A stretch of 64,000 nt of DNA from contig CM059425.1 of the NCBI GenBank assembly GCA_030390025.1, positions 96,908,001 through 96,972,000 on the forward strand. The letters run 5' to 3'. The notes under the pieces were generated by a model. It saw nothing but the letters and a program-made list of their open reading frames with translations. It did not search any database and had not been told where the DNA came from. Every line of letters starts with the position of its first letter. The stretch's first letter is position 1. This DNA is from Squalus acanthias. Lineage: Eukaryota. Position numbers and translations under genes: made by a program. Positions 15,001-27,545 of this stretch are shown here, in pieces.

Positions 15001-18000
15001 ACGCAAGAGAGGGAGGAGAGAGAACGCAAGAGAGGGAGGGGAGAGAGAACGCAACAGAGGGAGGAGAGAGAGAACGCAAGAGAGGGAGGTGAGAGAGAAC
15101 GCAAGAGAGGGAGGGGAGAGAGAACGCAAGAGAGGGAGGAGAGAGAACGCAAGAGAGGGAGGAGAGAGAGAACGCAAGAGAGGGAGGGGAGAGAGAACGC
15201 AAGAGAGGGAGGAGAGAGAGAACGCAAGAGAGGGAGGAGACAGAGAACGCAAGAGAGGGGAGAGAGAACGCAAGAGAGGGAGCAGAGAGAAGGCAAGAGA
15301 GGGAGGAGAGAGAGAACGCAAGAGAGGGAGGAGAGAGAGAACGCAAGAGAGAGATGGGAGAGAGAACGCAAGAAAGGGAGGAGAGAGAGAACGCAGGAGA
15401 GGGAGGAGAGAGAGAACGCAAGAGAGGAGGAGAGAAAACGCAAGAGAGGGAGGGGAGAGAGAACGCAGGAGAGGGAGGAGAGAGAGAACGCAAGAGAGGG
15501 AGGAGAGAGAACGCAAGAGAGGGAGGAGAGAGAGAACGCAAGAGAGGGAGGAGAGAGAGAACGCAAGAGAGGGAGAAGAGAGAACGCAAGAGAGGGAGGA
15601 GAGAGAGAACGCAAGAGAGGGAGGGGAGAGAACGCAAGAGAGGGAGGAGAGAGAACGCAAGAGAGGGAGGAGAGAGAACGCAAGAGAGAGAGGAGAGAGA
15701 GAACGCAAGAGAGGGAGGAGAGAGAGAACGCAAGAGAATGTGGAGATAGAGAACGCAAGAGAGGGTGGAGAGAGAGAACGCAAGAGAGGGAGGAGAGAGA
15801 GAACGCAAGAGAGGGAGGAGAGAGAGAACGCAGGAGAGGAGGAGAGAGAGAACGCAAGAGAGGGAGGAGAGAGAGAACGCAAGAGAGGGAGGAGAGAGAG
15901 AACGCAAGAGAGGGAGGAGAGAGAGAACGCAAGAGAAGGTGGAGATAGAGAACGCAAGAGAGGGTGGAGAGAGAGAACGCAAGAGAGGGAGGAGAGAGAG
16001 AACGCAAGAGAGGGAGGAGAGAGAGAACGCAAGAGAGGGAGGAGAGAGAGACCGCAAGAGAGGGAGGAGAGAGAGAACGCAAGAGAGGGAGGAGAGAGAG
16101 AACGCAAGAGAGGGAGGAGAGAGAGAACGCAAGAGAGGGAGGAGAGAGAACGCAAGAGAGGGAGGAGAGAGAGAACGCAAGAGAGGGAGGGGAGAGAGAA
16201 CGCAAGAGCGGGAGGAGAGAGAGAACGCAAGAGAGGGAGGAGAGAGAACGCAAGAGAGGGAGGGGAGAGAACGCAAGAGAGGGAGGAGAGAGAACGCAAG
16301 AGAGGGAGGAGAGAGAGAACGCAAGAGAGGGAGGAGAGAGAACGCAAGAGAGGGAGGGGAGAGAGAACGCAAGAGAGGGAGGAGAGAGAGAACGCAAGAG
16401 AGGGAGGAGAGAGAGAACGCAAGAGAGGGAGGAGAGAGAGAACGCAAGAGAGGGAGGGGAGAGAGAACGCAAGAGAGGGAGGAGAGAGAGAACGCAAGAG
16501 AGGGAGGGGAGAGAGAACGCAAGAGAGGGAGGAGAGAGAGAACGCAAGAGAGGGAGGAGAGAGAGAACGCAAGAGAGGGAGGGGAGAGAGAACGCAAGAG
16601 AGGGAGGAGAGAGAACGCAAGAGAGGGAGGAGCTGGGAGAACGTAAGAGAGGGAGGAGAGAGAACGCAAGAGAGGGAGGGGAGAGAGAACGCAAGAGAGG
16701 GAGGAGAGAGAGAACGCAAGAGAGGGAGGAGAGAGAGAACGCAAGAGAGGGAGGAGAGAGAGAACGCAAGAGAGGGAGGAGAGAGAGAAAGCAAGAGAAG
16801 AGGAGAGAGAACGCAAGAGAAGAGGAGAGAGAGAACGCAAGAGAGGAAGGGGAGAGAGAACGCAAGAGAGGGAGGAGAGAGAGAACGCAAGAGAAGAGGA
16901 GAGAGAACGCAAGAGAAGAGGAGAGAGAGAACGCAAGAGAGGAAGGGGAGAGAGAACGCAAGAGAGGGAGGAGAGAGAGAACGCAAGAGAGGAGGAGAGA
17001 GAACGCAAGAGAGGGAGGAGAGAGAGAACGCAAGAGAGGGAGGAGAGAGAACGCAAGAGAGGGAGGAGAGAGAAAACGCAAGAGAGGGAGGAGAGAGAGA
17101 ACGCAGGAGAGGAGGAGAGAGAGAACGCAAGAGAGGGAGGAGAGAGAGAACGCAAGAGAGGGAGGAGAGAGAGAACGCAAGAGTGGGAGGAGAGAGAGAA
17201 CGCAAGAGAGGGAGGAGAGAGAGAACGCAAGAGAAGGTGGAGATAGAGAACGCAAGAGAGGGTGGAGAGAGAGAACGCAAGAGAGGGAGGAGACAGAGAA
17301 CGCAAGAGAGGGTGGAGAGAGAACGCAAGAGAGGGAGGAGAGAAAACGCAAGAGAGGAGGAGAGAAAACGCAAGAGAGGGAGGGGAGAGAGAACGCAGGA
17401 GAGGGAGGAGAGAGAGAACGCAAGAGAGGGAGGAGAGAGAACGCAAGAGAGGGAGGAGAGAGAGAACGCAATAGAGGGAGGAGAGAGAGAACGCAAGAGA
17501 GGGAGAAGAGAGAACGCAAGGGAGGGAGGAGAGAGAGAACGCAAGAGAGGGAGGAGAGAGAGAACGCAAGAGAGGGAGAAGAGAGAACGCAAGAGAGGGA
17601 GGAGAGAGAGAAGGCAAGAGAGGGAGGAGAGAGAGAACGCAAGAGAGGGAGGGGAGAGAACGCAAGAGAGGGAGGAGAGAGAACGCAAGAGAGGGAGGAG
17701 AGAGAGAACGCAAGAGAGGGAGGAGAGAGAGAACGCAAGAGAGGGAGGAGAGAGAGAACGCAGGAGAGGAGGAGAGAGAGAACGCAAGAGAGGGAGGACT
17801 GAGAGAACGCAAGAGAGGGAGGAGAGAGAGAACGCAAGAGATGGAGGAGAGAGAGAACGCAAGAGAGGGAGGAGAGAGAGAACGCAAGAGAAGGTGGAGA
17901 TAGAGAACGCAAGAGAGGGTGGAGAGAGAGAACGCAAGAGAGGGAGGAGACAGAGAACGCAAGAGAGGGAGGAGAGAGAGAACGCAAGAGAGGGAGGAGA

Positions 18001-21000
18001 GAGAGACCGCAAGAGAGGGAGGAGAGAGAGAACGCAAGAGAGGGAGGAGAGAGAGAACGCAAGAGAGGGAGCAGAGAGAGAACGCAAGAGAGGGAGGAGA
18101 GAGAACGCAAGAGAGGGAGGAGAGAGAGAACGCAAGAGAGGGAGGAGAGAGAGAACGCAAGAGAAGAGGAGAGAGAACGCAAGAGAAGAGGAGAGAGAGA
18201 ACGCAAGAGAGGAAGGGGAGAGAGAACGCAAGAGAGGGAGGAGAGAGAGAACGCAAGAGAAGAGGAGAGAGAACGCAAGAGAAGAGGAGAGAGAGAACGC
18301 AAGAGAGGAAGGGGAGAGAGAACGCAAGAGAGGGAGGAGAGAGAGAACGCAAGAGAGGAGGAGAGAGAACGCAAGAGAGGGAGGAGAGAGAGAACGCAAG
18401 AGAGGGAGGAGAGAGAACGCAAGAGAGGGAGGAGAGAGAGAACGCAAGAGAGGGAGGAGAGAGAGAACGCAGGAGAGGAGGAGAGAGAGAACGCAAGAGA
18501 GGGAGGAGAGAGAGAACGCAAGAGAGGGAGGAGAGAGAGAACGCAAGAGAGGGAGTAGAGAGAGAACGCAAGAGAGGGAGGAGAGAGAGAACGCAAGAGA
18601 GGGAGGAGAGAGAGACCGCAAGAGAGGGAGGAGAGAGAACGCAAGAGAGGGAGGAGAGAAAACGCAAGAGAGGAGGAGAGAAAACGCAAGAGAGGGAGGG
18701 GAGAGAGAACGCAGGAGAGGGAGGAGAGAGAGAACGCAAGAGAGGGAGGAGAGAGAACGCAAGAGAGGGAGGAGAGAGAGAACGCAAGAGAGGGAGGAGA
18801 GAGAGAACGCAAGAGAGGGAGAAGAGAGAACGCAAGAGAGGGAGGAGAGAGAGAACGCAAGAGAGGGAGGAGAGAGAGAACGCAAGAGAGGGAGAAGAGA
18901 GAACGCAAGACAGGGAGGAGAGAGAGAACGCAAGAGAGGGAGGAGAGAGAGAACGCAAGAGAGGGAGGGGAGAGAACGCAAGAGAGGGAGGAGAGAGAGA
19001 ACGCAAGAGAGGGAGGAGAGAGAGAACGCAAGAGAGGGAGGAGAGAGAGAACGCAAGAGAGGGAGGAGAGAGAGAACGCAGGAGAGGAGGAGAGAGAGAA
19101 CGCAAGAGAGGGAGGAGAGAGAGAACGCAAGAGAGGGAGGAGAGAGAGAACGCAAGAGAGGGAGGAGAGAGAGAACGCAAGAGAGGGAGGAGAGAGAGAA
19201 CGCAAGAGAAGGTGGAGATAGAGAACGCAAGAGAGGGTGGAGAGAGAGAACGCAAGAGAGGGAGGAGAGAGAGAACGCAAGAGAGGGAGGAGAGAGAGAA
19301 CGCAAGAGAGGGAGGAGAGAGAGACCGCAAGAGAGGGAGGAGAGAGAACGCAAGAGAGGGAGGAGAGAGAACGCAAGAGAGGGAGGAGAGAGAGAACGCA
19401 AGAGAGGGAGGAGAGAGAGAACGCAAGAGAGGGAGGAGAGAGAGAACGCAAGAGAGGGAGGAGAGAGAGAACGCAAGAGAGGGAGGAGAGAGAGAACGCA
19501 AGAGAGGGAGGAGAGAGAACGCAAGAGAGGGAGGAGAGAGAGAACGCAAGAGAGGGAGGAGAGAGAGAACGCAAGAGAGGGAGGTGAGAGAGAACGCAAG
19601 AGAGGGAGGAGAGAGAGAACGCAAGAGAGGGAGGGGAGAGAGAACGCAAGAGAGGGAGGAGAGAGAGAACGCAAGAGAGGGAGGAGAGAGAACGCAAGAG
19701 AGGGAGGAGAGAGAACGCAAGAGAGGGAGGAGAGAGAACGCAAGAGAGGGAGGAGAGAGAGAACGCAAGAGAGGGAGGAGAGAGAGAACGCAAGAGAAGA
19801 GGAGAGAGAACGCAAGAGAGGGAGGGGAGAGAGAACGCAAGAGAGGGAGGAGAGAGAGAACGCAAGAGAAGAGGAGAGAGAACGCAAGAGAGGGAGGAGA
19901 GAGAGAACGCAAGAGAAGAGGAGAGAGAACGCAAGAGAGGGAGGAGAGAGAGAACGCAAGAGAGGGAGGAGAGAGAGAACGCAAGAGAAGAGGAGAGAGA
20001 ACGCAAGAGAGGGAGGGGAGAGAGAACGCAAGAGAGGGAGGAGAGAGAGAACGCAAGAGAAGAGGAGAGAGAACGCAAGAGAAGAGGAGAGAGAGAACGC
20101 AAGAGAGGGGGGAGAGAGAGAACGCAAGAGAGGGAGGAGAGAGAGAACGCAAGAGAGGGAGGGGAGAGAACGCAAGAGAGGAGGAGAGAGAACGCAAGAG
20201 AGGGAGGAGAGAGAGAACGCAGGAGAGGAGGAGAGAGAGAACGCAAGAGAGGGAGGAGAGAGAGAACGCAAGAGAGGGAGGAGAGAGAGAACGCAAGAGA
20301 AGGAGGAGAGAGAGAACGCAAGAGAGGGAGGGGAGAGAACGCAAGAGAGGGAGGAGAGAGAACGCAAGAGAGGGAGGAGAGAGAGAACGCAAGAGAGGGA
20401 GGAGAGAGAGAACGCAGGACAGGAGGAGAGAGAGAACGCAAGAGAGGGAGGAGAGAGAGAACGCAAGAGAGGGAGGAGAGAGAGAACGCAAGAGAGGGAG
20501 GAGAGAGAGAACGCAAGAGAGGGAGGAGAGAGAGAACGCAAGAGAAGGAGGAGAGAGAGAACGCAAGAGAGGGTGGAGAGAGAACGCAAGAGAGGGAGGA
20601 GAGAGAGAACGCAAGAGAGGGAGGAGAGAGAGAACGCAAGAGAGGGAGGAGAGAGAGAACGCAAGAGAGGGAGGATAGAGAGAACGCAAGAGAGGGAGGA
20701 TAGAGAGAACGCAAGAGAGGAGGAGAGAGAGAACGCAAGAGAGGGAGGAGAGAGAGAACGCAAGAGAGGGAGGAGAGAGAGAACGCAAGAGAGGGAGGAG
20801 AGAGAGAACGCAAGAGAGGGAGGAGAGAGAGAACGCAAGAGAGGGAGGAGAGAGAGAACGCAAGAGAGGGAGGAGAGAGAGAACGCAAGAGAGGGAGGAG
20901 AGAGAACGCAAGAGAGGGAGGAGAGAGAGAACGCAAGAGAGGGAGGAGAGAGAACGCAAGAGAGGAGGAGAGAGTACGCAAGAGAGGAGGAGAGAGAACG

Positions 21001-21029
21001 CAAGAGAGGAGAAGAGAGAGAACGCAAGA
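1..21029. repeat. GA-rich minisatellite array, consensus 25-mer GAACGCAAGAGAGGGAGGAGAGAGA (variants about 21-25 bp); runs off the window start
   Basis: Directly visible tandem repetition. Length variants arise from the number of GA dinucleotides and G-run length. Confidence 0.98.
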
Positions 21030-22451
21030 AACATAGAAGATAGGAGCAGGAGTAGGCCATTCGGCCGCTCGAGCCTGCTCCGCCATTCGATGAGATCATG
21101 GCTGATCATTCAAACTCAGTCCCCTGTACCTGCCTTCTCCCCATATCCCTTGATACCTTTATCTTTAAGAAATATATCTAATTCATTCTTCAATATATTT
21201 AATGACTTGGCCTCAACTACCTTCTGTGGTAGAGAATTCCACAGGTTCACCACTCTCTGGGTGAAGAAATTCTTCCTCATTTCTGTCCTAAATGGTTTAC
21301 CCCTTATCCTTAGACTGTGACCCCTGGTTCTGGACTCCCTCGCCATCGGGAACATCCTTCCTGCATCTAGTTTGTCCAGACCTGTCAGAATTTTATATGT
21401 TTCGATGAGATCCCCTCTCATTCTTCTATACTCCAGCGAGTATAAGCCCAATCGACCCAATCTCTCCTCATACGCCATTCCTGCCATCCCGGGTATCAGC
21501 CTGGTGAATCTTCGCTGAACTCCCTCCATGGCAAGAACATCCTTCCTCAGATAAGGCGACCAAAACTGCACACAATACTCAAGGTGTTGGCTCACCAAGG
21601 CCCTGTACAACTGCAGCAGGACATCCCTGTTCCTATACTCAAACCCTTTCGCTATGAAGGCCAACATGCCATTTGCCTTCTTCACCGCCTGCTGCACCTG
21701 CATGCTTACCTTCAGCGACTGGTGCACAAGGACACCCAGGTCTCGTTGCACTTCCCCTTCTCCCAATCTATTGCTATTCAGATAATAGTCTGCCTTTCTG
21801 TTTTTGACACCAAAGTGGATAACTTCGCATTTATCCACGTTATATTGCATCTGCCACGCTTCTGCCCACTCACCCAACCTGTCCAAATCATCCTGGAGTT
21901 TCTCGGTATCCTCCTCGCAGCACACATGCCCACCCAGCTTTGTGTCATCTGCAAACTTGGAGATATTACATTTAGTTCCCTTCTCTAGATCATTTATGGA
22001 TATTGTGTATAGCTGGGGTCCAAGGACCGAACCCTGTGGTACCCCACTAGTCACTGCCTGCCACTCGGAAAAAGACCCATTAATTCCTACTCTCTACTTT
22101 CTGTCCGCCAACCAGTTCTCTATCCAAGTCAATACCTTGCCCCCAATCCCATGTGCCTTAACTTTACACACTAATCTCTTACGCAGGACCTTATCAAAAG
22201 CCTTTTGAAAGTCCAAATACACCCCATCTACTGGTTCTCCCTCATCTATTTTCCCAGTTACATCCTCAAAAAATTCCAGTAGATTAGTCAAGCACGATTT
22301 ACCTTTTGTAAATCCATGTTAACTTTGTCCAATCCTGTCACTGTTTTTCAAGTGCTCTGCTATTACATCCTTTATAATGGACTCTACCATTTTCCACACT
22401 ACCAATGTCAGGTCTGCAACTCCCCGCTTTCTCTCTACCACCCTTTTTGAA
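21030..22451 (-). mobile_element. 5'-truncated CR1 LINE (RT C-terminal half plus 3' UTR) inserted in the minisatellite
   Basis: ORFs 21116-22054 (SGVPQGSVLGP, FADDTK, LEYCVQFWSP) and 22094-22291. 3' stem-loop GGAGCAGG...CCTGCTCC and TTCTATGT tail. AAGA on both flanks. Confidence 0.95.
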
Positions 22452-24560
22452 AAGAGAGGGAGGGCAGAGAGAACGCAAGAGAGGGAGGACAGAGAGAGCG
22501 CAAGAGAGGAGGAGAGAGAGAACACAAGAGAGGGAGGGGAGAGAGAACGCAAGAGAGGGAGGAGAGAGAACGCAGGAGAGGGAGGAGAGAGAGAACGCAA
22601 GAGAAGAGGAGAGAGAACGCAAGAGAAGAGGAGAGAGAGAACGCAAGAGAGGAGGGGTGAGAGAACGCAAGAGAGGAGGAGAGAGAGAACGCAAGAGAGG
22701 GAGGAGAGAGAGAACGCAAGAGAGGGAGGAGAGAGAGAACGCAAGAGAGGGAGGAGAGAGAGAACGCAAGAGAGGGAGGAGAGAGAGAACGCAAGAGAGG
22801 GAGGAGAGAGAACGCAAGAGAGGAGGGGAGAGAGAACGCAAGAGAGGGAGGAGAGAGAGAACGCAAGAGAGGGAGGAGAGAGAGAACGCAAGAGAGGGAG
22901 GAGAGAGAGAACGCAAGAGAGGGAGGAGAGAGAGAACGCAAGAGAGGGAGGAGAGAGAGAACGCAAGAGAGGGAGGAGAGAGAGAACGCAAGAGAGGGAG
23001 GAGAGAGAGAACGCAAGAGAGGGAGGAGAGAGAAAACGCAAGAGAGGGAGGAGAGAGAGAACGCAAGAGAGGGAGGAGAGAGAGAACGCAAGAGAGGGAG
23101 GAGAGAGAGAACGCAAGAGAGGGAGGAGAGAGAGAACGCAAGAGAGGGAGGAGAGAGAGAACGCAAGAGAGGGAGGAGACAGAGAACGCAAGAGAAGAGG
23201 AGAGAGAACGCAAGAGAAGAGGAGAGAGAGAACGCAAGAGAGGAGGGGAGAGAGAACGCAAGAGAGGAGGAGAGAGAGAACGCAAGAGAGGGAGGAGAGA
23301 GAGAACGCAAGAGAGGGAGGAGAGAGAACGCAAGAGAGGGAGGAGAGAGAGAACGCAAGAGAAGGAGGAGAGAGAGAACGCAAGAGAGGGAGGAGAGTGA
23401 ACGCAAGAGAGGGAGGAGAGAGAGAACGCAAGAGAGGGAGGAGAGAGAAAACGCAAGAGAGGGAGGAGAGAGAGAACGCAGTAGAGGAGGGGTGAGAGAA
23501 CGCAAGAGAGGGAGGAGAGAGAGAACGCAAGAGAGGGAGGAGAGAGAGAACGCAAGAGAGGGAGGAGAGAGAAAACGCAAGAGAGGGAGGAGAGAGAGAA
23601 CGCAGGAGAGGAGGGGTGAGAGAACGCTAGAGAGGAGGAGAGAGAGAACGCAAGAGAGGGAGGAGAGAGAGAACGCAAGAGAGGGAGGAGAGAGAGAACG
23701 CAAGAGAGGGAGGAGAGAGAGAACGCAAGAGAGGGAGGAGAGAGAGAACGCAAGAGAGGGAGGAGAGAGAGAACGCAAGAGAGGGAGGAGAGAGAGAACG
23801 CAAGTGAGGGAGGAGAGAGAGAACGCAAGAGAGGGAGGAGAGAGAGAACGCAAGAGAGGGAGGAGAGAGAACGCAAGAGAGGGAGGAGAGAGAACGCAAG
23901 AGAAGAGGAGAGAGAACGCAAGAGAGGGAGGGGAGAGAACGCAAGAGAGGGAGGAGAGAGAGAACGCAAGAGAGGGAGGAGAGAGAACGCAAGAGAGGGA
24001 GGAGAGAGAGAACGCAAGAGAAGAGGAGAGAGAACGCAAGAGAGGGAGGAGTGAGAACGCAAGAGAGGAGGAGAGAGAGAAGGCAAGAGAGGGAGGAGAG
24101 AGAGAAGGCAAGAGAGGGAGGAGAGAGAACGCAAGAGAGGGAGGAGAGAGAGAACGCAAGAGAGGAGGAGAGAGAACGCAAGAGAGGGTTGAGAGAGAGA
24201 ACGCTAGAGAGGAGGAGAGAGAGAACGTAAGAGAGGAGGAGAGAGAGAAAGCAAGAGAGAGGAGAGAAAGCAAGAAAGCGGGAGAGAAAGCAAGAAAGGG
24301 GGAGAGAAAGCAAGAGAGAGGGAGAGAAAACAAGAGGGGGGAGAGAGAAAGAAGAGAAAAAGCAGAGGGGAAAAAGCAGAGGGTGAGAAAGCAAGAGAGA
24401 AAGTGTACGCACTGAAGAGAGCACAAGGAAAAGCGAGCGCATGAGCGAGAATGATAGAGGACGAGTGCGAGAAAGAGAAAAAAGAGCGAGAAAGAGAGCA
24501 AGTGAAAGCGAGCGACAGAGGCAAAAAGAGAGGGGAAAGGAAAGAGAGGGAGTGGATTAG
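22452..24560. repeat. Continuation of the 25-bp minisatellite, decaying into simple GA-rich sequence after about 24200
   Basis: Same unit as 1-21029, with progressive loss of the GAACGC core toward 24560. Confidence 0.95.
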
Positions 24561-26534
24561 GAAAAATGATTTAAAAAGACAATGGGCTTTTAATAGTCCA
24601 AAGCAAAATTCCTCAGGATTTTCTCAATTGACGCAGCTTTTCAAAGACAACATCTGATAAGGAGACTCAATATTCAGATTCAACTGCCAGCATTCCATCA
24701 AATGTCCCAATGTATAATCCTGGAAATATTGGTTTTCCAAACATAGGTTACACAGATTTCTAAATACATTATGTAAAGATCTACTTCAAATTAGAATAAA
24801 CTGAATATTACTCAATTCCAGATAAAATCCCATTTGATGTTAATTCATTGCAATTCCTGGTCCTTTAATACACTCACTGTGGCTATTCACAATAGGTGTG
24901 AGCCATGTAGTAACGATCTTCAGAATAACAACGTGCAAGATGAAAACTCTGGATGGCTATGCTCAGCAATAGAAGTGATAAGTCTTTAAAGAAATAATTA
25001 GGCAAAATGTGAAAGAATTCAAGACTTCCAAGTGTGTTTGAAGCTAGTTATGAACATTCCTCTTTCCCTCTCCCCACCCCCCTTCCCCTTTGCCGGAAAC
25101 CAGCTTAATTCACCAGTATTAATTTATCGCTAGTACTTCATTCTCAGATGACACAAAAGAAATAAAGCAATCTACAGCTGTTGTACAATTCATAAAGTAG
25201 GGAGCAATGTGCAGCACGATTCAACAGTGAAAAAGTGTGATGGTACAAACAAAAAATAGTTACTTCATTCTAAAATGTACTGACAAAGCTTTTTATGCCA
25301 ATAACTATCTCTGTTGCCAGCCAGTAGAGTGCTACATGCCAATACCTTTAATGCACTCAATATGGCAGGGCAAATGCAGTCATAACTGTTCCGACTGCTG
25401 CCTTATTCCGGAACAGGGTCCCTTTCTTGATGTGTCACACTTTAGTTTCTGAGTCCGCTGTCAACTGACCCCCCACAAGGGAGAGTTTGAAACATCATCA
25501 TGTAAAAATGTGCACACACATAGCTAATCATACCCAACATTCAACGCTTGACTCCTGACAATGTTTCAACAGCTGTAACCAGACCTCAGCTGATCAACCA
25601 GCCTGCAAATGGCTGGCACTATCTTCCATTTAACAAGCCATTTCTAGCTAATACAGATTTACATTTGACTCTACACTCTGCTGGACACAACAGAACTTAT
25701 TTTGTTACTCATAGCTGCCATGAAGGCCACCTCAGTCTTTTAGAATGTAAAACAAAACACTCACAGTTTTGTGCATTTCGAATATTAGTAATCCTGGGCT
25801 GCTTCCAAACAGCTTCTAGAGGCATCAGTCAGTGTCCCAGTAGTAACTGCATGGTGATCGTGATCATGCTTTGATTACAAAAGCCTGCGGGCTTCAAGCC
25901 AAGTGCCTAGGCAGCTTGACAAATGCATCCACAGCTCTGCATAGGGTATTTTACACTGCCACTCCTACATGCAAAATTACTGTTAAAAGCCACATTTCCA
26001 TGGACACAGTTTAACAGACAATATCCCTATTGTGGAGACCAAGAGAAGAATTGTAAACTCCAGAAATTAAACCTACCCTTCATATTTCCCCCCATTTGGA
26101 AAGCTCCATGTATTGTGAATATAATAACAAGATGTCTGGTGCACTGCACACATCAGCCACTATTTGCAGGCACAAAAAAGAATACCTTTTAAAGAGACAC
26201 CAGCTTCCTTCCATTTTAAAACTGATCCACAATAAGATTTTAGTAAGAATTACCGTGAAGAACATCACCATTACTATCTATTCCTCAGAGAAAAATGTCG
26301 CCATACAATATTACTATGCAGCTCTGTAACCTAGAATATTATCGCTATCCAGAAAAAAAAATTAAAGTATGAAATGCCCAGTCACTTCTCATCTGGTAGG
26401 AATGGGGATAAAGATCTCCAGTGAACAGGATTTTCTGCTCAAACTCACTCAGAATAAAACGATTCTGCATGGGAGCTTGTCGAGAATTCTATAGACGTCC
26501 TTATATAAAAAAAAAAATTATATTGTCTTTATTG

Positions 26535-26965
26535 TAGAAAAACATCACAGGGAGCTTCACAGACATAATCAGGAAAACATGGACACGAGCCAAAGGAGGT
26601 ATTAAGAGGGGTGACCAAAAGCTTGCTCAAAGAGGGGTTTTAAGGAGGGTCTTAAAGGGAGGTGCCTAGGCAGAGGGGTTTAAATAGGGGAATTCCAAAC
26701 AATGGGGCCTAGGACACAGAAGGCAACACTCCCAATGGTGGGGTGAAATGAAGGGAGTTAAGAGGCGTGAGTCGTAGGAACGGAGAGTTCGGAGAGGACT
26801 GTAGGGCTGGAGGAGGTTACAGAAATAGGGAGGAGTGAGGTCAAGTCTGGAGATGACAAAAGCCTGGATAAAGGTTTCAACAGCATGGGCTAAAGCTAGG
26901 GTGGAGGCAGGTAATGTTACGGAGGTGGAAGTAGGCAGTCTTTGTGATGGAGAGGATATAGGGTT
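26535..26965 (-). mobile_element. Degenerate L2-type LINE 3' fragment
   Basis: Aligns by eye to 62285-62560 (GGTGACCAAAAGCTT, TTTTAAGGAG, GGGAATTCCA) and to the reverse complement of the L2 RT at 32360-32970. Confidence 0.6.
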
Positions 26966-27545
26966 AGAAGCTTAAAATTATCCCAAAAGGTGTATCTAAA
27001 ACTAAACTATGCCATACATAATTTATAATACTGTACACTATTTTTGATTGATCAATTCCAAATTTTTCTACATACTAATTATTCCCACAACTGCACAGGA
27101 ATGATCATGATTTTAGCAATGCAAATTCTAGCCATTCTATATTTTTGTGTTACTTCAATGTTTCAGCTATAGTTACAGACCTTTGTTGAGCAAAGGATAG
27201 CTGATACTCCTCTAACTGGCCAAAGACTGCATGCACGCAGCAGATAGCTATCTCAGTCTGGATCTGCTCAACAATAAGCTCAGTACTGATGAAAATCCTT
27301 ACTCAGAGGAGGCATTTATTGAAACACAGCCTCTCAAAACACTAAAGAAAAACATTGCACAACTACTAGTTATTTTCCAGTACCAAAACTACATCAAAGC
27401 AGAACTTAATGCAGTGAAATCTAAATCAACCCTCATCTTTATAGCTTAGTTCAGCCATTTGCTGGTGGATGCGATTAATCTTTTAAAGCTTAACATTCAA
27501 AATAGATTTCATAAAAATAATTCTGTACTTTTTTCATTTATAATA

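Noticed and set aside
1..21029. CRISPR-like array (constant GAACGCAAG core with variable spacers)
   Set aside because: Intervening sequences are near-identical GA tracts rather than unique spacers. There are no cas genes and the context is vertebrate.
740..24524. Giant ORFs (up to 4701 aa) rich in E/R/G or S/L/P on both strands
   Set aside because: The 25-bp unit has no stop codon in any frame, so all six frames are open. These are translation artefacts with no domain content.
24600..27500. Short ORFs of 60-110 aa in AT-rich unique DNA, and antisense ORFs over LINEs elsewhere
   Set aside because: No recognisable motifs or convincing exon structure. Antisense ORFs are shadows of RT coding sequence.
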